64,000 nt of DNA, taken from the NCBI RefSeq assembly GCF_009914755.1, contig NC_060926.1; one strand, given 5' to 3'. Position 1 is the first letter of the stretch. Each line of letters begins with the position of its first letter. The position numbers and the translations under genes are program-made. The notes beneath the pieces are model-generated. The model ran no database searches. It was not told the DNA's origin and was given only the letters and a program-made list of their open reading frames with translations. Of the stretch, positions 28,394-42,543 are shown piece by piece. The DNA is from the human T2T-CHM13v2.0 reference genome, Homo sapiens.

Positions 28394-31300
28394 CCAGGCT
28401 ATCAAAAATTATTGTTAAAAAATCAAAAAGACAATAAAACTACCAAATTTGTAATCAGAAAGTATTTAATAATATATTATTTTTAAAACTTTATTCTTCC
28501 TCAAAGCCCTCAAATATTGTCAAATAGACTCAACACATAGGTGAAATTCTGTGGGAGACTTAATATAGTGTTAATGTTATAAATAGTAAGTATGGAAGAA
28601 ATATCACATCTTTAATTTCTATAAAACGACTTAGTTTTGAGTCTCCTCCTGTCTGGGTGGTGGGAAATGCAACTTCAAGCATGCTGAGAGCCCTCATGTT
28701 GGGCTGATTTTCTGGGTCTTTTAAAGTTCCAAGGCACCATGGAGTCCCTAGGGGTCACTGGCCATCTGCCCAGAGTTGCTGGGACTGAGGTATCCTCTGT
28801 CCTAGCCTGCATAGTCTCTCTAGATCTACCACTCTGGTACCCTGAGGTGCACTTGAGGCCTGGAAATGTTGGGCTAGGTCAGCACCCCAGGCCTAAAACC
28901 TCATTTACCCTGAGGTTGTGCTTTCAGCACAGGATACAGTCAGAGAACAAGCCCCATGGCCTCTTCTCCAGGACCCAGTGACCTGCTCTCCCCACTACAA
29001 TCCCAGCAGCAAGTTGATCCTCTTCAATGGAGTTTACTGGGCACTGGATAAGTACAAGTACGGTTCCAAAGGTCATGAAGGCATCACCTTGTAGAATGTC
29101 ATTCAGTCTTTACCACTGCTCTGAACTAGAGGCCATATTCCCTTACAGAGAAGGTAAATGAAACTCAGAGAGTTCGGGTAAGTAGCTTAAGATCACAAAG
29201 AGAGTAAGCCAGGACCACAATCATCATTCCCTATCATTCCCAATCTTACTCTCCTATACCTTATAACAGCTCTATCCATTTAAAAAAACACAAAAATTGA
29301 AACACCAAGAGTTGAAGTGATTTATTCAGAGGCACACAATCTGATATTCCTCCAGTTGAACACGAAAAAAAAACACATAGAATTCAGGCTCATGAGCACC
29401 TAAAATGTAAGCAAGACATCATCATATTAATAGTAGCGGCTAGAGTATAAAATTAACCATACTTGTCAAGAGAACAGGGACTTACCAAAAAGACAAAAAC
29501 ACATTACTTTTTTAAAAATTATGATTATTTAGCAAATATCTACCTAGTGGTTTCTATGTACAAAATTCCGTGTTCCGTGCTCTGAGAGATAAGAAAAGGA
29601 CTCCACCTCTGTCTTCACAGAGCTTTCCAGCCAATGGAGAACACATAGGACTACAAATAGATCAAGAAAGAGAATAGAAACTGGGGAAGAGGAATGTGGA
29701 GAGTGGCGGTGCGTAGGCTGAGCGTGGACACAGCCAGCCTCAAGTTTCCAAACCAGAGTGTAGGAGCATGGGTATCAAGCAGACAGTGTGGGTGACCCCG
29801 CCTTCCTCCTCCTCCCAGGGGATGAGAATGCTGGAAGCTCAGCTGCTGCAGAATATAAAACATACGGATTGCCCAGAGTTACTGACTTGCCTAAAGCCAT
29901 AAAAAAATTGTGTGTGTGTGAGTTATTTTTCACTTCTTTTTCTGCCAGGATCAAGTATCAGCATTGTTATATTGAGAAACATGCCATTTTCAACACACTA
30001 AAGAAGAGCTGGCCCAACCCGGTCGGGTAGGCATCAAACAGTTGTCAGAGGCAGGAAGTCTCCCAGACTCCAGCCCCAAGCTACAGCAGAGTAAATTTGA
30101 GACATTCAACAGATTTCTAATGCGCTGAGATGCCTGAACTAGCCTTCATATTTACTAGTAAAGAGACAAAGAATGTTGTTTTGACAGAGCCAAAAGGAGA
30201 TTTCAGGCAGATTTTGAATACTCAGATGAGTTTTTCAAGTTACATCTAAAAAAATGTTAAAAATGACTTCTCAGAACCTTAAAACTGCTGCAGAGACTTC
30301 CTTCCCATTGCTGGTTTCCTTGAGCTCTTTTAAGGAATACCCAACAGTACCAGGGGCTTTGCACTACTATAATAAATAATTACACTCCATATGTGCCCCC
30401 ACCGTTTATTGAATTCTTTACCAGAGAAAACTGTCAAGAGACTCCAGTTGCTCAGGGTTTTAGGTTTTGACTGACTCCTACCCCATCAGCGGCCAGGATC
30501 TCCATTTTCTTTGTCTTTGACTTTTCAGGAGACCCAGAGACTGAAATCCAATACTTTTGTCTGCATCTGCTGCTAAAAGCCTTTTTTCCCTGGCCATGCC
30601 ACAGCTCCCTCGAGGCTCATTAAGCACATTTACATTTGGTTCTTAAAATCCAAAATAGCCCATTTCACGCCTAGCAATGGTGTATTGATGAAAGAAGCAC
30701 TCAGTGATGGCCTGTAGGATGAGAGTGAGGACTCGTTTGACTCCAGATATCTCCCACAAAGGATTTGTATATGCTGTTAAGGACTTAAACAGAATCAGGC
30801 AAGCCATAGACTATTTTAGAAAGACACATGCACTCAAACACCATCACTATGTGCCATCAAATGCACCCATTTGTGGGCAGAAAAAGTGGCAATGGCAAGG
30901 GTCTAAACTTGAGTGGAAATGCACAGAGATGCTTAAAGAGATAGAGGAAGAGACCGAGACAGATAGAAAGTGGAACGGAGGAATAGGGACAGAAAGAGGA
31001 AAGAAGAGAGAACAGGAAGGAGTATGAGTAGAAAGGAGAGTCTGCATTGGATTTTAGTGTAGATCATCTTCTCAGAGTTGTAAGGATAAAAATGAGGAAA
31101 CTGGGTTGGGGGGCTACTGAAAGCATATAAGTCATGTTTGGTCCGGATGGAAGTGAGTGAGCCATGCCTGGGTCATGGAAGACTCATGAGGACACAAAAG
31201 GGGATGCAGGTGGAGACACTTGAGAAAGAAACAGGAGACTCAATGGTTAACGATTCTCTCTTTGACAATCTTCTTTCCTACCGACACCCCACACTTAATG

Positions 31301-31969
31301 CCTGAAAATAAAGTAATATTTATTTTTGTGACTCGTACCTTCTGGAGGGGACTCAGCACACAAAGAAAGTGTCTTTTCACTCCTTCTAGCCCCTTCAAAA
31401 GGTATTCAATTCCACATCAGTTTCCTCGAGGATACTCCAGAAATTCTTATCCATATTAGGGGGTTAAGGTGGAAAAGACAGATTTTATTTTTCATTTTAT
31501 ACCTTTCTGTACTTTTTAAAAAATAAAAGTAATAGATCCATATGATTAAGGTTCAAAGTCAATAAGGATTATCTGTAATTGTGGCATAGTTTACATTTCA
31601 GTTTTCTTCTGTATTATTTTTCTGTATTAAAAAACACCTGTCAAAAATGTCTTCATGGGTAGACTAGAAGGAAAGGGTATCTACTGTATTGCTTTTACCT
31701 TCCTCTGCTATATATGTAAGCTGATTAAAATTTTATATCCACATAACTAGGTGAAATTTCCACTACGAAATAGATACGTTCCTGAAGACAAAAGCATAAA
31801 TCAATCTTTTGCCAACTGAACCTTCTTTTGAATGTGTCAAGAGCATTTGCTATTTACAGAAATATTTTGCAAAATCCTTCTATAAAACTGAATGGCTTTA
31901 TGTATATAAAGCTGCGGTTGGTGACATTGTTTCAAATGGAGTTTCTGTGTGCAGCACAGAGAATTGCTC

Positions 31970-32180
31970 ATGTGGGCAGGTTCTGGAGCCAGACAGAACA
32001 GTGCTGCTCCTCACTACTTATATGTCCTCGAGCAGGCTAGTTCACTTCTGTGCCTGTTTTCTCATCTGTAAAGTGGACATAACATTGGCATCTCTTTTGT
32101 TAGGTTCATGAGAATTTTAAATACTATAATCTATTTAGATCACTAATAACCTGGCACATCACAAAAACATCAGTGTTATC
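31970..32180 (+). mobile_element. MIR SINE
   Basis: ttctggagccagac...ctgtgcctgttttctcatctgtaaagtgg core. Confidence 0.7.
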
Positions 32181-33738
32181 TATTCTCATTATTCTTACCA
32201 CTAGTGTGATTACTGTGCAGGTCATTATATTATTCTTACAGCACCTGTGAAGCTTGCAGGCCAATCTTTCTTCTCCTTCCAGCCAGATGGCAAGCCCTTT
32301 GAGAACAAGACTGGTCTCAGTCTAGACTCTCAATGTTAGCTCCAGTGCTAGAACAGAGATACTGGTGATTCAATGAGATACAACTGCATCAAAAATGGCC
32401 ACCACAAGTCTCAATTCCTTGCAGCTGCTATGTAAATAACAACTCTGGTACCTAGCAGTGTGCCTGGGACAGACTGGGGGCCCAATAAAAGTAGATGAAT
32501 GAGTGAATGAATCCACATAAATGTGTGGTATTCCCTAGAGCCTAAAAGATAATATATATGTAGTATACTCATATAATTAAATTCTAATTTTATTTTTCTT
32601 AACAAGGCCTTTAGGAAATTTAGGGCCGTCAAAGCTTCAGCTAAGTGAGGAAAGGCAAAAGCATAATTAGCAAGCCAAAAACAGATGATGTTTTCAGGAG
32701 GTTTCCATCTTGTTAAAAGGAAACAATTTGTACAATCCTCACTAAACACACCTCATCTATCACTCTCCCAAGTCCTGCTCTCCCAGAGAGCTCTCAGCCC
32801 TGCTTTCCCTCCTCAGTTCTCTATGTTGAGCCAACAGACTTTAAATGTTTGTCAACTGAAAGTGAAGCTGGGCCTTTGAAATTGGTCTCGCCCATGACAG
32901 CTGCTGCCCAGGAGTGTCTCCAGCCAAAGCATATATTTTATAAGATGTGACCCCCAAATCTAGCGATTCCCACAGTTCAGAGCTGCCAAGTCCACAATTT
33001 CTACATTAGTTGAAACCACCAAGGTCAAGCAGGCATTTGATGTTATTTTTCTTGATTGTTTTGTGCACGTGTTGGGGTGTGTGTGTAAATCAGCAAGAAT
33101 GTTTGTTGTAACTCTTCTTAAGGAAAATTCTCCATGCAGCTAATTCTTAACTGAAAACGATGCTGCTAACTAGAGAGTGTCTGGGGCCTGACCAAGAGTG
33201 TGGGGAGTGGAACTTGAGTGGGAAGAACCAGGCTTGGTTAGTCCCTCCAAGGAGTAAGCAGACCACTGTGGACAGTTGACAGTGTCCATTCATCAGAACT
33301 CTCTCCATCCTCATCTCTGTTTAACAGAGGAGGAAACTGAAGCTCAAATAGGTGAAAAAAAAAAAACTCTCCAAGGACACAAAACCAGTGAGAGACAAGC
33401 AGGATTTGCTCCAGCTCATGCTCTTTCCTACTGTCCTCTTGACAATGTCTGGGTACTACAAAGAAAAACCCAGAAAGGGTAGAGAGGAGAGACTAAGAGA
33501 AGGATACAGCCATTCACTCTTGCTCAGCTGGGCTCCAACAAAATGAAAGTAATCTTGTGTTTATGTTACTAGCACTTGCAAATATTTACTCAGCAGCTAC
33601 TGCAGGCAACACCCAAGGCTAGGTGAGAGGGTATATGATCCCTACCTTTGAAGAGGGATCCTAGGAGGTAGCTCCAGATTAAGACGCAAAAACAAGAAGA
33701 TAATCACAGCCAAAACTTATCACAATCTAATGCTAGCC

Positions 33739-34081
33739 TTTTTTCTTTCTTTTCTTTTTTTATTTTTATTTTTATTTATTTATTTTTTTTGAGATGGAGT
33801 CTCGCTCTGTTGCCCAGGCTGGAGCGCAGTGGCGTGATCTTGGCTCACGGCTAACTCTGCCTTCCGGGTTCAAGAGATTCTCCTGCTTCAGCCTCCCAAG
33901 TAGCTGGGATTACAGGCACACACCACCACGCCCAGCTAATTTTTTGTGTTTCTTTTTTTTTAGTAGAGATGGGGTTTCACCATGTTGCCCATGCTGATCT
34001 GGAATTCCTGGACTCATGCGATCCACCCACATCTGCCTCCCAAAGTGCTGGGAATACACGCATGAGCCACTGTGCCCAGTC
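33739..34081 (-). mobile_element. Alu SINE (AluS-like)
   Basis: T-rich tail 33739-33790 followed by an antisense Alu dimer. Confidence 0.93.
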
Positions 34082-34213
34082 GGCTTTTCAAGGATTACCT
34101 TCTTTAATCTTCACAACATTACCGTCAGGTAGGTGTAATGATATCCCCATTTCACAAATGAAGAAACAGGCTCAGAAAAGCCTCTACACAGTGGGTAAAT
34201 CAAAAGACGGGAA

Positions 34214-36121
34214 TTTTTTTTTATATATACTTTAAGTTCTGGAATACATGTACGGAATAAGCAGGTTTGTTGCATAGTTATACACGTGCCATGGTGGTTT
34301 GATCACCCATTAACCCATTGTCTACATTAGGTATTTCCCCTAATGCTATCCCTCCCCTAGCCCCCCACACCCAACAGGTCCCGGTGTGTGATGTTCCCCT
34401 CCCTGTGCCCATGTGTTCTCATTGTTCAACTCCTACTTATGAGTGAGAATATGTGGTGTTTGGCTTTCTGTTCCTGTGTTAGTTTGCTGAAAATCATGGT
34501 TTCCAGCTTCATCCATGTCCCTGCAAAGGACATGAACTTATCATTTTTTATGGCTGCATAGTATTTCATGGTGTATATGGGCCACATTTTCTTTATCCAG
34601 TCTATCATTGATGGGCATTTGGGTTGGTTCCCAGTCTTTGCTATTGTGAATAGTGCTGCAATAAACATACACGTGCATGTGTCTTTATAGTAGAATGACT
34701 TATAATCCTTTGGGTATATACCCAGTAATGGGATTGCTGGGTCAAATGGTATTTCTGGTTCTAGATCCTTGAGGAACCGCCACACTGTCTTCCACAATGG
34801 TTGAACTAATTTACACTCCCATCAACAGTGTAAAAGCGTTCCTATTTCTCCATATCCTCTCCAGTATCTGTTGTTTCCTGACTTTTTAATGATTGCCATT
34901 CTAACTGGCATGAGATGGTATCTCATTGTGGTTTTGATTTGCATTTCTCTAATGACCAGTGATGATGAACTTTTTTTCACATTTTTTTGGCCGCATAAAT
35001 GTCTTCTTTTGGGAAGTGTCTGTTCATATCCTTTGCCCACTTTTTGATGGGGTTGTTTTATTCTTCTAAAGTTATTTAAGGTCCTTGTAGATTCTGGATT
35101 TTAGCCCTTTGTCAGATGAATAGATTGCAAAAAATTTTTTCCCATTCTGTAGGTTGCCTGTTCACTCTGATGTAATTTCTTTTGCTGTGCATAAGCTCTT
35201 TAGTTTAATTGGATCCCATTTGTCAATTTTGGCTTTGTTTCAATTGCTTTTTGTGTTTTAGTCATGAAGTCTTTGTCCATGCCTATGTCCTGAATGGTAT
35301 TGCCTAGGTTTTCTTCAAGGGTTCTTATGGTTTTAGGTCTTACATTTAAGTCTTTAATCCATCTTGAGTTAATTTTTGTATAAGGTGTAAGGAAGGGGTC
35401 CAGTTTCAGTTTTCTGCATATGGCTAGCCAGTTTTCCCAATACCATTTATTAAATAGGGAATCCTTTCCCCCTTGCTTGTTTTTGTCAGGTTTGCCAAAG
35501 ATTGGATGGTTGTAAATGTGTGGCATTATTTCTGAGGTCTCTGTTCTGTTGCATTGGTGTATATATCTGTTTTGGTACCATGGTGTTTTGGTTACTGCAG
35601 GCTTGTAGTATAGTTTGAAGTCGGGTAGCATGATGCCTCCAGCTTTGTTCTTTTTGCTTAGGATTGTCTTAGCTATACGGGCTCTTTTTTGGTTCCATAT
35701 GAAATTTAAAGTAGTTTTTTCTAACTCTGTGAAAAAAGTCAGTAGTAGTTTGATGGGGATAGCATTGATTCTATAAATTACTTTGGGCAGTATGGCCATT
35801 TTCATGATATTGATTCTTCCTATCCATGAGCATGGAATGTTTTTCTATTTGTTTGTGTCCTCTCTTATTTCCTTGAGCAGTGGTTTGTAGTTCTCCTTGA
35901 AGAGGTTCTTCACATCCCTTCTATGTTATATTCCTAGGTATTTTATTCTTTTTGTAGCAATTGTGAATGAGAGTTCACTCATGATTTGGCTCTCTATTAT
36001 TGGTGTATAGGAATGCTTATAATTTTTGCTCATTGATTTTGTATCCTGAGATTCTGCTGAAGTTACTTAACAGTTTAAGGAGATTTTGGGCTGAGACGAA
36101 GGGGTTCTCTAAATATACAAT
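34214..36121 (-). mobile_element. 5'-truncated primate L1 (L1PA7/8-like), 1.9 kb
   Basis: Poly-T tail at 34214, L1PA 3' UTR, ORF2 C-terminal fragments; imperfect TSD TCAAAAGAC..GAATTTT at 34200-34217 and 36146-36163. Confidence 0.95.
34426..35805 (-). pseudogene. Frameshifted L1 ORF2 C-terminal remnants
   Basis: ORFs 35200-35805 ([17 protein letters not shown]), 34822-35040 and 34426-34797 (PFDPAIPLLGIYPKDYKS) match L1 ORF2p. Confidence 0.92.
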
Positions 36122-36201
36122 ATCTTTTTGACAATTTTGAACTTGTCAAAAAGACAGAATTTTAACTGCAGACATCTGATGTGGAGTCTGTACTCCTAAC
36201 C

Positions 36202-36640
36202 TGCATTGGCCTCCTAGAGCTGCCGTAACAAAGTACCACAATTTAGTTGGCTTTGAGAAAAAAATGGAACATATTGTGTCACAGTTCTGGAGGCTAGAAA
36301 TTTGAAATCAAAGTCTTGGCCCTTCTAAGGGCCCTAGGGAAGAATCTATTCCATGTCTTTCTCTAACTTCTGGTGACAGCAGGCAACCCTCAGTGTTTCT
36401 TGGCTTGTAGATATCATCCCTCCAACCTGAGCCTTCACCTTCACACAACATTCTCCCATGTGTGTCTGTGTCCAAATTTCCCTCTCCTTATAAGGACACT
36501 AGTCATATTGGATTTAGGCCCACTTTAATGACTTCATCTTAACTTGATTAAATCTGCAAATATCCTATTTCCACTTTATATGGAAACAGGTTAGGACTGC
36601 AGCAGATCTTTTTTAGGGAAACACAGTTCAACCCATAATA
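36202..36640 (-). mobile_element. MLT1B/C-type MaLR solo LTR
   Basis: MLT1 motifs (tcacagttctggaggctag, ataaggacactagtcatattgg); intact 5-bp TSD TAACC (36197-36201 and 36641-36645). Confidence 0.85.
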
Positions 36641-36842
36641 TAACCACTAGGCCATGCTGCCTCTCATAATCTCAATTTCAGAAAACAAAACAAAACCAAA
36701 CAAAACAAAACTTACTGAACCTTCTCAGAGATATTTTCTAGTGTTTGCATATTCTTTTTCATTTAGCAATATGAAATCACATTCCACTATCTATACTGGC
36801 AACTGAACAATTCCAGACCAAAAAAAAAAAAAAAAGTACCTG

Positions 36843-37293
36843 TGTGATGGTTAATACTGGCTGAGTGTCAACTTGATTGGATTGAATGATGCAAAGTCTT
36901 GATCTTGGGTGTGTCTGTGAGGGTGTTGCCAAATGAGATTAACATTTGAGTCAGTGGGCTGGAAAAGGCAGAACCATCCTTAATCTGGGCAGGTACAATC
37001 TAATCAGCTGCCGGCTTGGCCAGAATAAAAGCAGGCAGAAGAATATAAAAACGTTAGACTGGCTTAGCCTCTCAGCCTACATCTTTCTCCCGTGCTGGAT
37101 GCTTCCTGCTCTCGAACATCAGAATGCAGGTGCTTCATCTTTGGGACTCAGACTGGCTTCCTTGCTCCTCATCTTGCAGACAGCCTTTTGTGGGACCTTG
37201 TGATCATTTGAGTTAATTCTACTTAATAAACTCCCCTTTATGTAGACATCTATCCTATTAGTTCTGTCCTTCTAGAATACCCTGAATAATACA
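36843..37293 (+). mobile_element. MLT2A (ERVL) solo LTR
   Basis: TGTGATGGTTAATACT...GTGTCAACTTGATTGGATTGA start, AATAAA at about 37225, ...CCTGAATAATACA end. Confidence 0.9.
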
Positions 37294-40200
37294 CAAAGAG
37301 TCTCTCTGACCCACCCGACTGCCAAATCCTGATTCTGGTAGTGATTATTTGGAAATAAGTATATATAAAGTCTTGAACTTCATTTTGCACCAAGTTGAAA
37401 CTCTGAAGCAGATTTAGCCCGAAGCTAACATAAGACATCTGGAAGCAAGTCATACAAAGAATTTTAGAATATCCTGGCAGTTGGAGCCTGATAGGTCCAA
37501 CCACCACATTTCATAGGTGATTAGCATGAGTGTCAATGACCTATCTGACATCACATGGCTGATTATGACAGCAGGAAGAGAATGCAGTCTCCTGGCCCAC
37601 AGCCCAAGTCTCTTCTCAGGCCTCCTACGGCTGCTGGTCTTCTGTCTGTGTCCAGTGTGCCAAGGGTGCTCCTGGGGCTCTGCACTATCTTGGACTCCCA
37701 AAGAGGTGGGAATATCCAGCAAGGTGTGCACACATGCTCCAAGACAAGTGCTCCTACCCCACTTGCCTTCTGAAGTATCTCATTTTACAGTGAAGCTGAG
37801 CAACACCAGGCTGGGTAGCAGGAATGTTCTGAGTGCCAGGGTTTTATGCATGGTCCCAGGAGCCTACTTTCACTCTAGAATCCTTGGTTGTAAATGACAC
37901 CTTAACAGCACTTCCTTTCTGCACTCGTTTCAGTCTGACAATTCAGATATGAAAACATTTGCCAAAGAGATAAGTGTAGAGTAAAAGACTCCAAAGAGAA
38001 TAATTACATAGGTTCACCTCGGAGAATATTACTCTTCTCAATTAGACCTAGTTGGCAGTGTCTGATCGGGAGGCTGAGCAGAAAAACATTCTCCATTAAG
38101 TACCATGCTCCAAGATTTCCCAGGTCAGGGAGGCAGAAAGGAGAAGCTTACTTTCTCCATGGTTGTCCATACAAAGGAAGGTGCAGCCTGTAGCAATTGT
38201 GGTGTCCAGCTTTAGAAACTATTATCTTACCAAATGGCTTTCCCACCAAGAATTGAGCCTGTTTAAATAAATCAACCGTGAAAAGCTCTAGTGTGGATCA
38301 CAATAAAAACTCTATTTAATGGCTACTCAATAGAATAATTTAGACTAAAATGTCTATCTACACAGTTCTTTTATGAAAAGGTAAAATCAAATCTCATCCC
38401 ACCTTGTTTTCTGAATTCTGTCCTGTTGGGGCCAGGGTGGCAGGCATATTTATGCCCAGATAGTAAACTGGGATATGGGATGTAGGGAGAGTCAGGCAGC
38501 TGAGAGCAGTAGAAGTCTTGATTTTCTGATGCCCAGCTTGTTCATGCTTTTTTACTTTGCCGCTTGAAGTGTGAGCAATTTATTCCTGGGTAGGTAGGAT
38601 GTATGAGAGTGCCTTAGGGTTGTTCTCCCTGCCTGAAACTTCCTCCCAGCCCTCTTCTCCCTGTGAGTAACTCCCAAGGCAGCCTGGACACTATCAAGCA
38701 ATCCTACCATTCTTCCAGCATTTATGAGTCCCACCCCAGGGGCAGATGATGGGGAGCAGGCATGGGAGGGAAGCTAAGAACTGATTGGGCAGAAGCAGTT
38801 AAAGAAACTGGGAATAAAAGAAGAAAAATGAATTGTGCCCAGAGACAGTGCCTAGAGTGAAAAACCAAACCTGCATCACTCCAAGGGATCCGCATGGGAC
38901 TAAGAACTGAATTGAAATCAGAGATGGAGGGGCAGCTCAGTGGAGAACCATACAAGGCAGAAAAGAGAAACAAATGGGAACCAATGGGCAGGTGAAGCTG
39001 GGAGGCCATGACCAGCGCCCATAACCAGCTGCACAGGTGAAGCCTCGTCTAGTTGGTGTTAGCTGCAGCAATCAGTGAAGAGCTTTTTGTTGGGGGCAGA
39101 ACAGTGCAATGGAGTAAGAGACTGTGTTAAGTTAAAAGCACAGTAAGTGAGGGAACATTTTTCGCATTGCATCCTGTTTTCTCTGACACTTGAAGTGAGG
39201 GTGTGCTCTTGCTCACCTCTGTGTTCCTGACACCTAAACAAACAATGCCTGCTACAAAGTGCATGCTTCAAAAGTGGGCATTATTTTGTGTTGTTCAGCT
39301 TCCCAAATGCAAGAATTGTCTTCTGATAAGACAACCATGAGAGGTGATTAGGAGCTTCCACTTGACCCTTTCACCTGCATTCAGGTAAAGCAGTTCTCTT
39401 CTCTCTGGGCAGTTCTAGCTATAAAAGAACGTTTCATACATTGCACATCCCTGTGACATGTGCATTTGAGCCTTAGCTCTACCCTCTGGAGCCACTCAAA
39501 ATAATTCTCACATTATTCCTTTTCCACATGAAAGTGCCACCCCAAGGATAGAGGCTTGCAGAATGCCCCTAGTGATGTCCTCTGAAATTGACATAATCCT
39601 GTATCCTTTCTTCAGAGAGGCTGATATGGAATAGTGTAAGCTTGGAAACCCATGATGGAGCTTTACCTTCCCATGCCCTTCCTTAGTCCTAACCTTTGTC
39701 AGACCCAACATTCCCACCATTTTCTCTCTCAGGGCCTTCTTGCCAAGTAAATTTCTTCCAATAGTACCACAAATGTCATTTCCTCCCAAAAAAAACCTTC
39801 CCTATGCACCCCCTTCAACTACAGTGGGTCCCACTATTTTATCTAACATCACCCTACACTTCTCTTTTGTGATATACTTCACAATTGCAACTTAATCAAT
39901 TGTGGAATGAGTTATTTGGCATCTGTATCTCCTGCTGGAAGGTAAGCTTCATGTCTGTCTTACTCATCTTAACGCTTAGCTCAATTTATTAAGCACTTAA
40001 AATTTTTTTATTGAAGTTTCTTGATTTTTTTTTACAAGAGATCAGCATCGAGTTCATACTTCTAGAGTTTATGACTTTCGATAAATGATATTGTCCCTGA
40101 GGCAGTTTATCAAATGCTCGGCTTTTAGAAGATGGAAAGGTCAAGCAGATGTCTGGATAATGGAATTTGACCATGACATTGCCCTGTATAGACTCTGTTT

Positions 40201-40968
40201 CAGTTACCACATCAGCACTTGCATTTTGCACCTGATCAAGTAACACAGTATGCTCTCACCCAGTAACACCAGTCACTTCTGTCTTCTCTCCTCTTACATT
40301 CAGTAATGTTCTCCATCATGCATTCATGCTTCAATTATGTGGATGGCCATAAATAGCTGAGGCTTTGGCCCATGCTCATCACTTCTATTTCATCAGTTTG
40401 TTTCCTTTGAACAAGACGAACCTTTGCATGTTGTTCTAAATGCTAGCCCACAAGGTCCCAGTGTTTTCTACGACAGTGGATTTTAACTCCTACTGTTAAA
40501 ACTCCAGGTTAGCTTTATTTATTACTTATAATCTGTATACAACCTGAGATCATAAATATAGTTCTCAAACATCTTCCCTGTTATTTTCTTCAGTAAATTA
40601 CTGGGCACCGCCCGCATCACTGTTCTTTCTGTGCCATACCAGCAGTCTCTCATCATATCTACTTTATAGGCCTTTTTTCTCCTCCCCCTCAAATTTCAGT
40701 TTGAAGCTTTCTTAATTAGGTTGGTGAGTCTCTTGCTTTCTTTCCTTTTTCTTTACTCTTCCCAGTGTTTTTGGTGCACACGTTGCCTCTTGTCATTTTG
40801 CTTTCATGAGCCATATTTGAGAAAACTCAAGCTTTGACTATCTCTGGAGCTAGAGAGTTCCGTTTTCAAGTTTTCTTTTCTCTTTCAAAATTACGATTAT
40901 TAACTTAGAAGGAGAATTGAAACTGGCATCTGTGTCCAGGAGTTCTTGAGATTCCTAACCCCAATTTT

Positions 40969-41342
<374 letters not shown>

Positions 41343-42111
41343 TAGAACCTACCAGCAGAAAGATAGTGGGTTTCTAGAGTCTCTCAGCCTCTGTCCTATG
41401 TGTCCTATAGACATATATCCTAGATACCTGAGAAGGAAGAATGATAATCATAAAAATACTGGACACTTATTGAAGACCCACCATGTGCCAAACAATTTTA
41501 AATACTTCCACTCATTAACTTGTTCAACGCAAGTGATGGAAAATGGTGAAGTTGTCTGTTAACCACTGAAGGCCCTCCGTGTAGCATGCCCCATATCTCT
41601 TTTGGACCAGTAATGGGAGTGCTAAAACCTGCTACTTATCATCATTCCTCTCCATTATTCTGTGAAGCATAGCACACTAGTCCTTAGAGAGCAAATCCAG
41701 CTTCCCCTCACAGTAGTAAATTAGCTCCTCCTCAGAACTCTAGGGATATAGGGTTTCATCTCCTTCATCTTTCTTCTCCATGTCACATTCTTCTAATCAT
41801 CAACACCTTGCCTGCTTTTAATTTCCTCTTATATCCTCCAATATTTTTTCCTTATTCTGTCTTTCTTGGATCAAAATTCCTGCTCATCTGGAAGGGTTTC
41901 TTCAGCCCTTTCAAGATGCCAGGTTCCAGAGCAGTTTTCTCCATGTCCTTTGATCTTACACCCAAGCAGGAGATCAACCATAGTACAGGAACGACCATCC
42001 CCAAAACCCACACAGTGAAAGTTGACATAATTTCTCATGCCCAAGGATGAAGATCTCATTCTTTTAGTTTGATCCTCTGGGATAAGCTATACAGACATTA
42101 AGACACAGCTA

Positions 42112-42195
42112 GAAGGCAAGAAGGCAGGCAGGCAGGCAGGCAGGCAGTAAGGAAGCAAGGAAGGAAGGAAGGAAAGGAGGAAGTGGGGAGGGGAG
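42112..42195. repeat. (GGCA)n/(GGAA)n purine-rich repeat
   Basis: Direct reading. Confidence 0.9.
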
Positions 42196-42229
42196 AAAAA
42201 ACATTGAAGACATAAAAATTTCATTTCTT

Positions 42230-42543
42230 TGTTTTTTTCTTTTTTTGGAAACAAGGTCTTGCTCTGTCACCAAGCCTGAAATGCAGTAGTGTAATCAAGG
42301 CTCATTTCAGCCTCAACCTCCTGTGCTCAAGTGATCCTCCAACCTCAGCCTCCCAAGTAACTGGGATGGGATCATAGGCATATACCACTGTGACCAGATA
42401 ATTTTTTTCATTTTAAAATTGGTCGTACAGATGGGGTCTCACTATGTTACCCAGGCTGGTCTCAAACTCCTGAGCTCAAGTGATCCTCCTGCCTCAGCCT
42501 CCCAAAGTATTGGGAATACAGGTGTGAGCCACCACACCCAGCC
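42230..42543 (-). mobile_element. AluJ-type SINE
   Basis: Diverged antisense dimer; TSD TAAAAAT..CATTTCTT at 42213-42229 and 42544-42560. Confidence 0.93.

Larger units (their letters stand above)
34100..36665 (-). mobile_element. MIR host split in three by L1PA and MLT1 insertions (pieces about 34100-34212, 36146-36201, 36641-36665)
   Basis: ccccatttcacaaatgaagaaacaggctcaga ... ggagtctgtactcctaacc | taaccactaggccatgctgcctc. Confidence 0.6.

Noticed and set aside
38728-38748. CTCF-like ACCCCAGGGGGCAG
   Set aside because: Two mismatches in the 5' core; not supportable without ChIP data
39989-40900. Minus-strand ORF containing RAFDKLP, reminiscent of the non-LTR RT motif KAFDKV, or a processed pseudogene
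   Set aside because: Manual translation of the neighbouring frames gave no further RT motifs or recognisable protein; needs tblastn/Dfam
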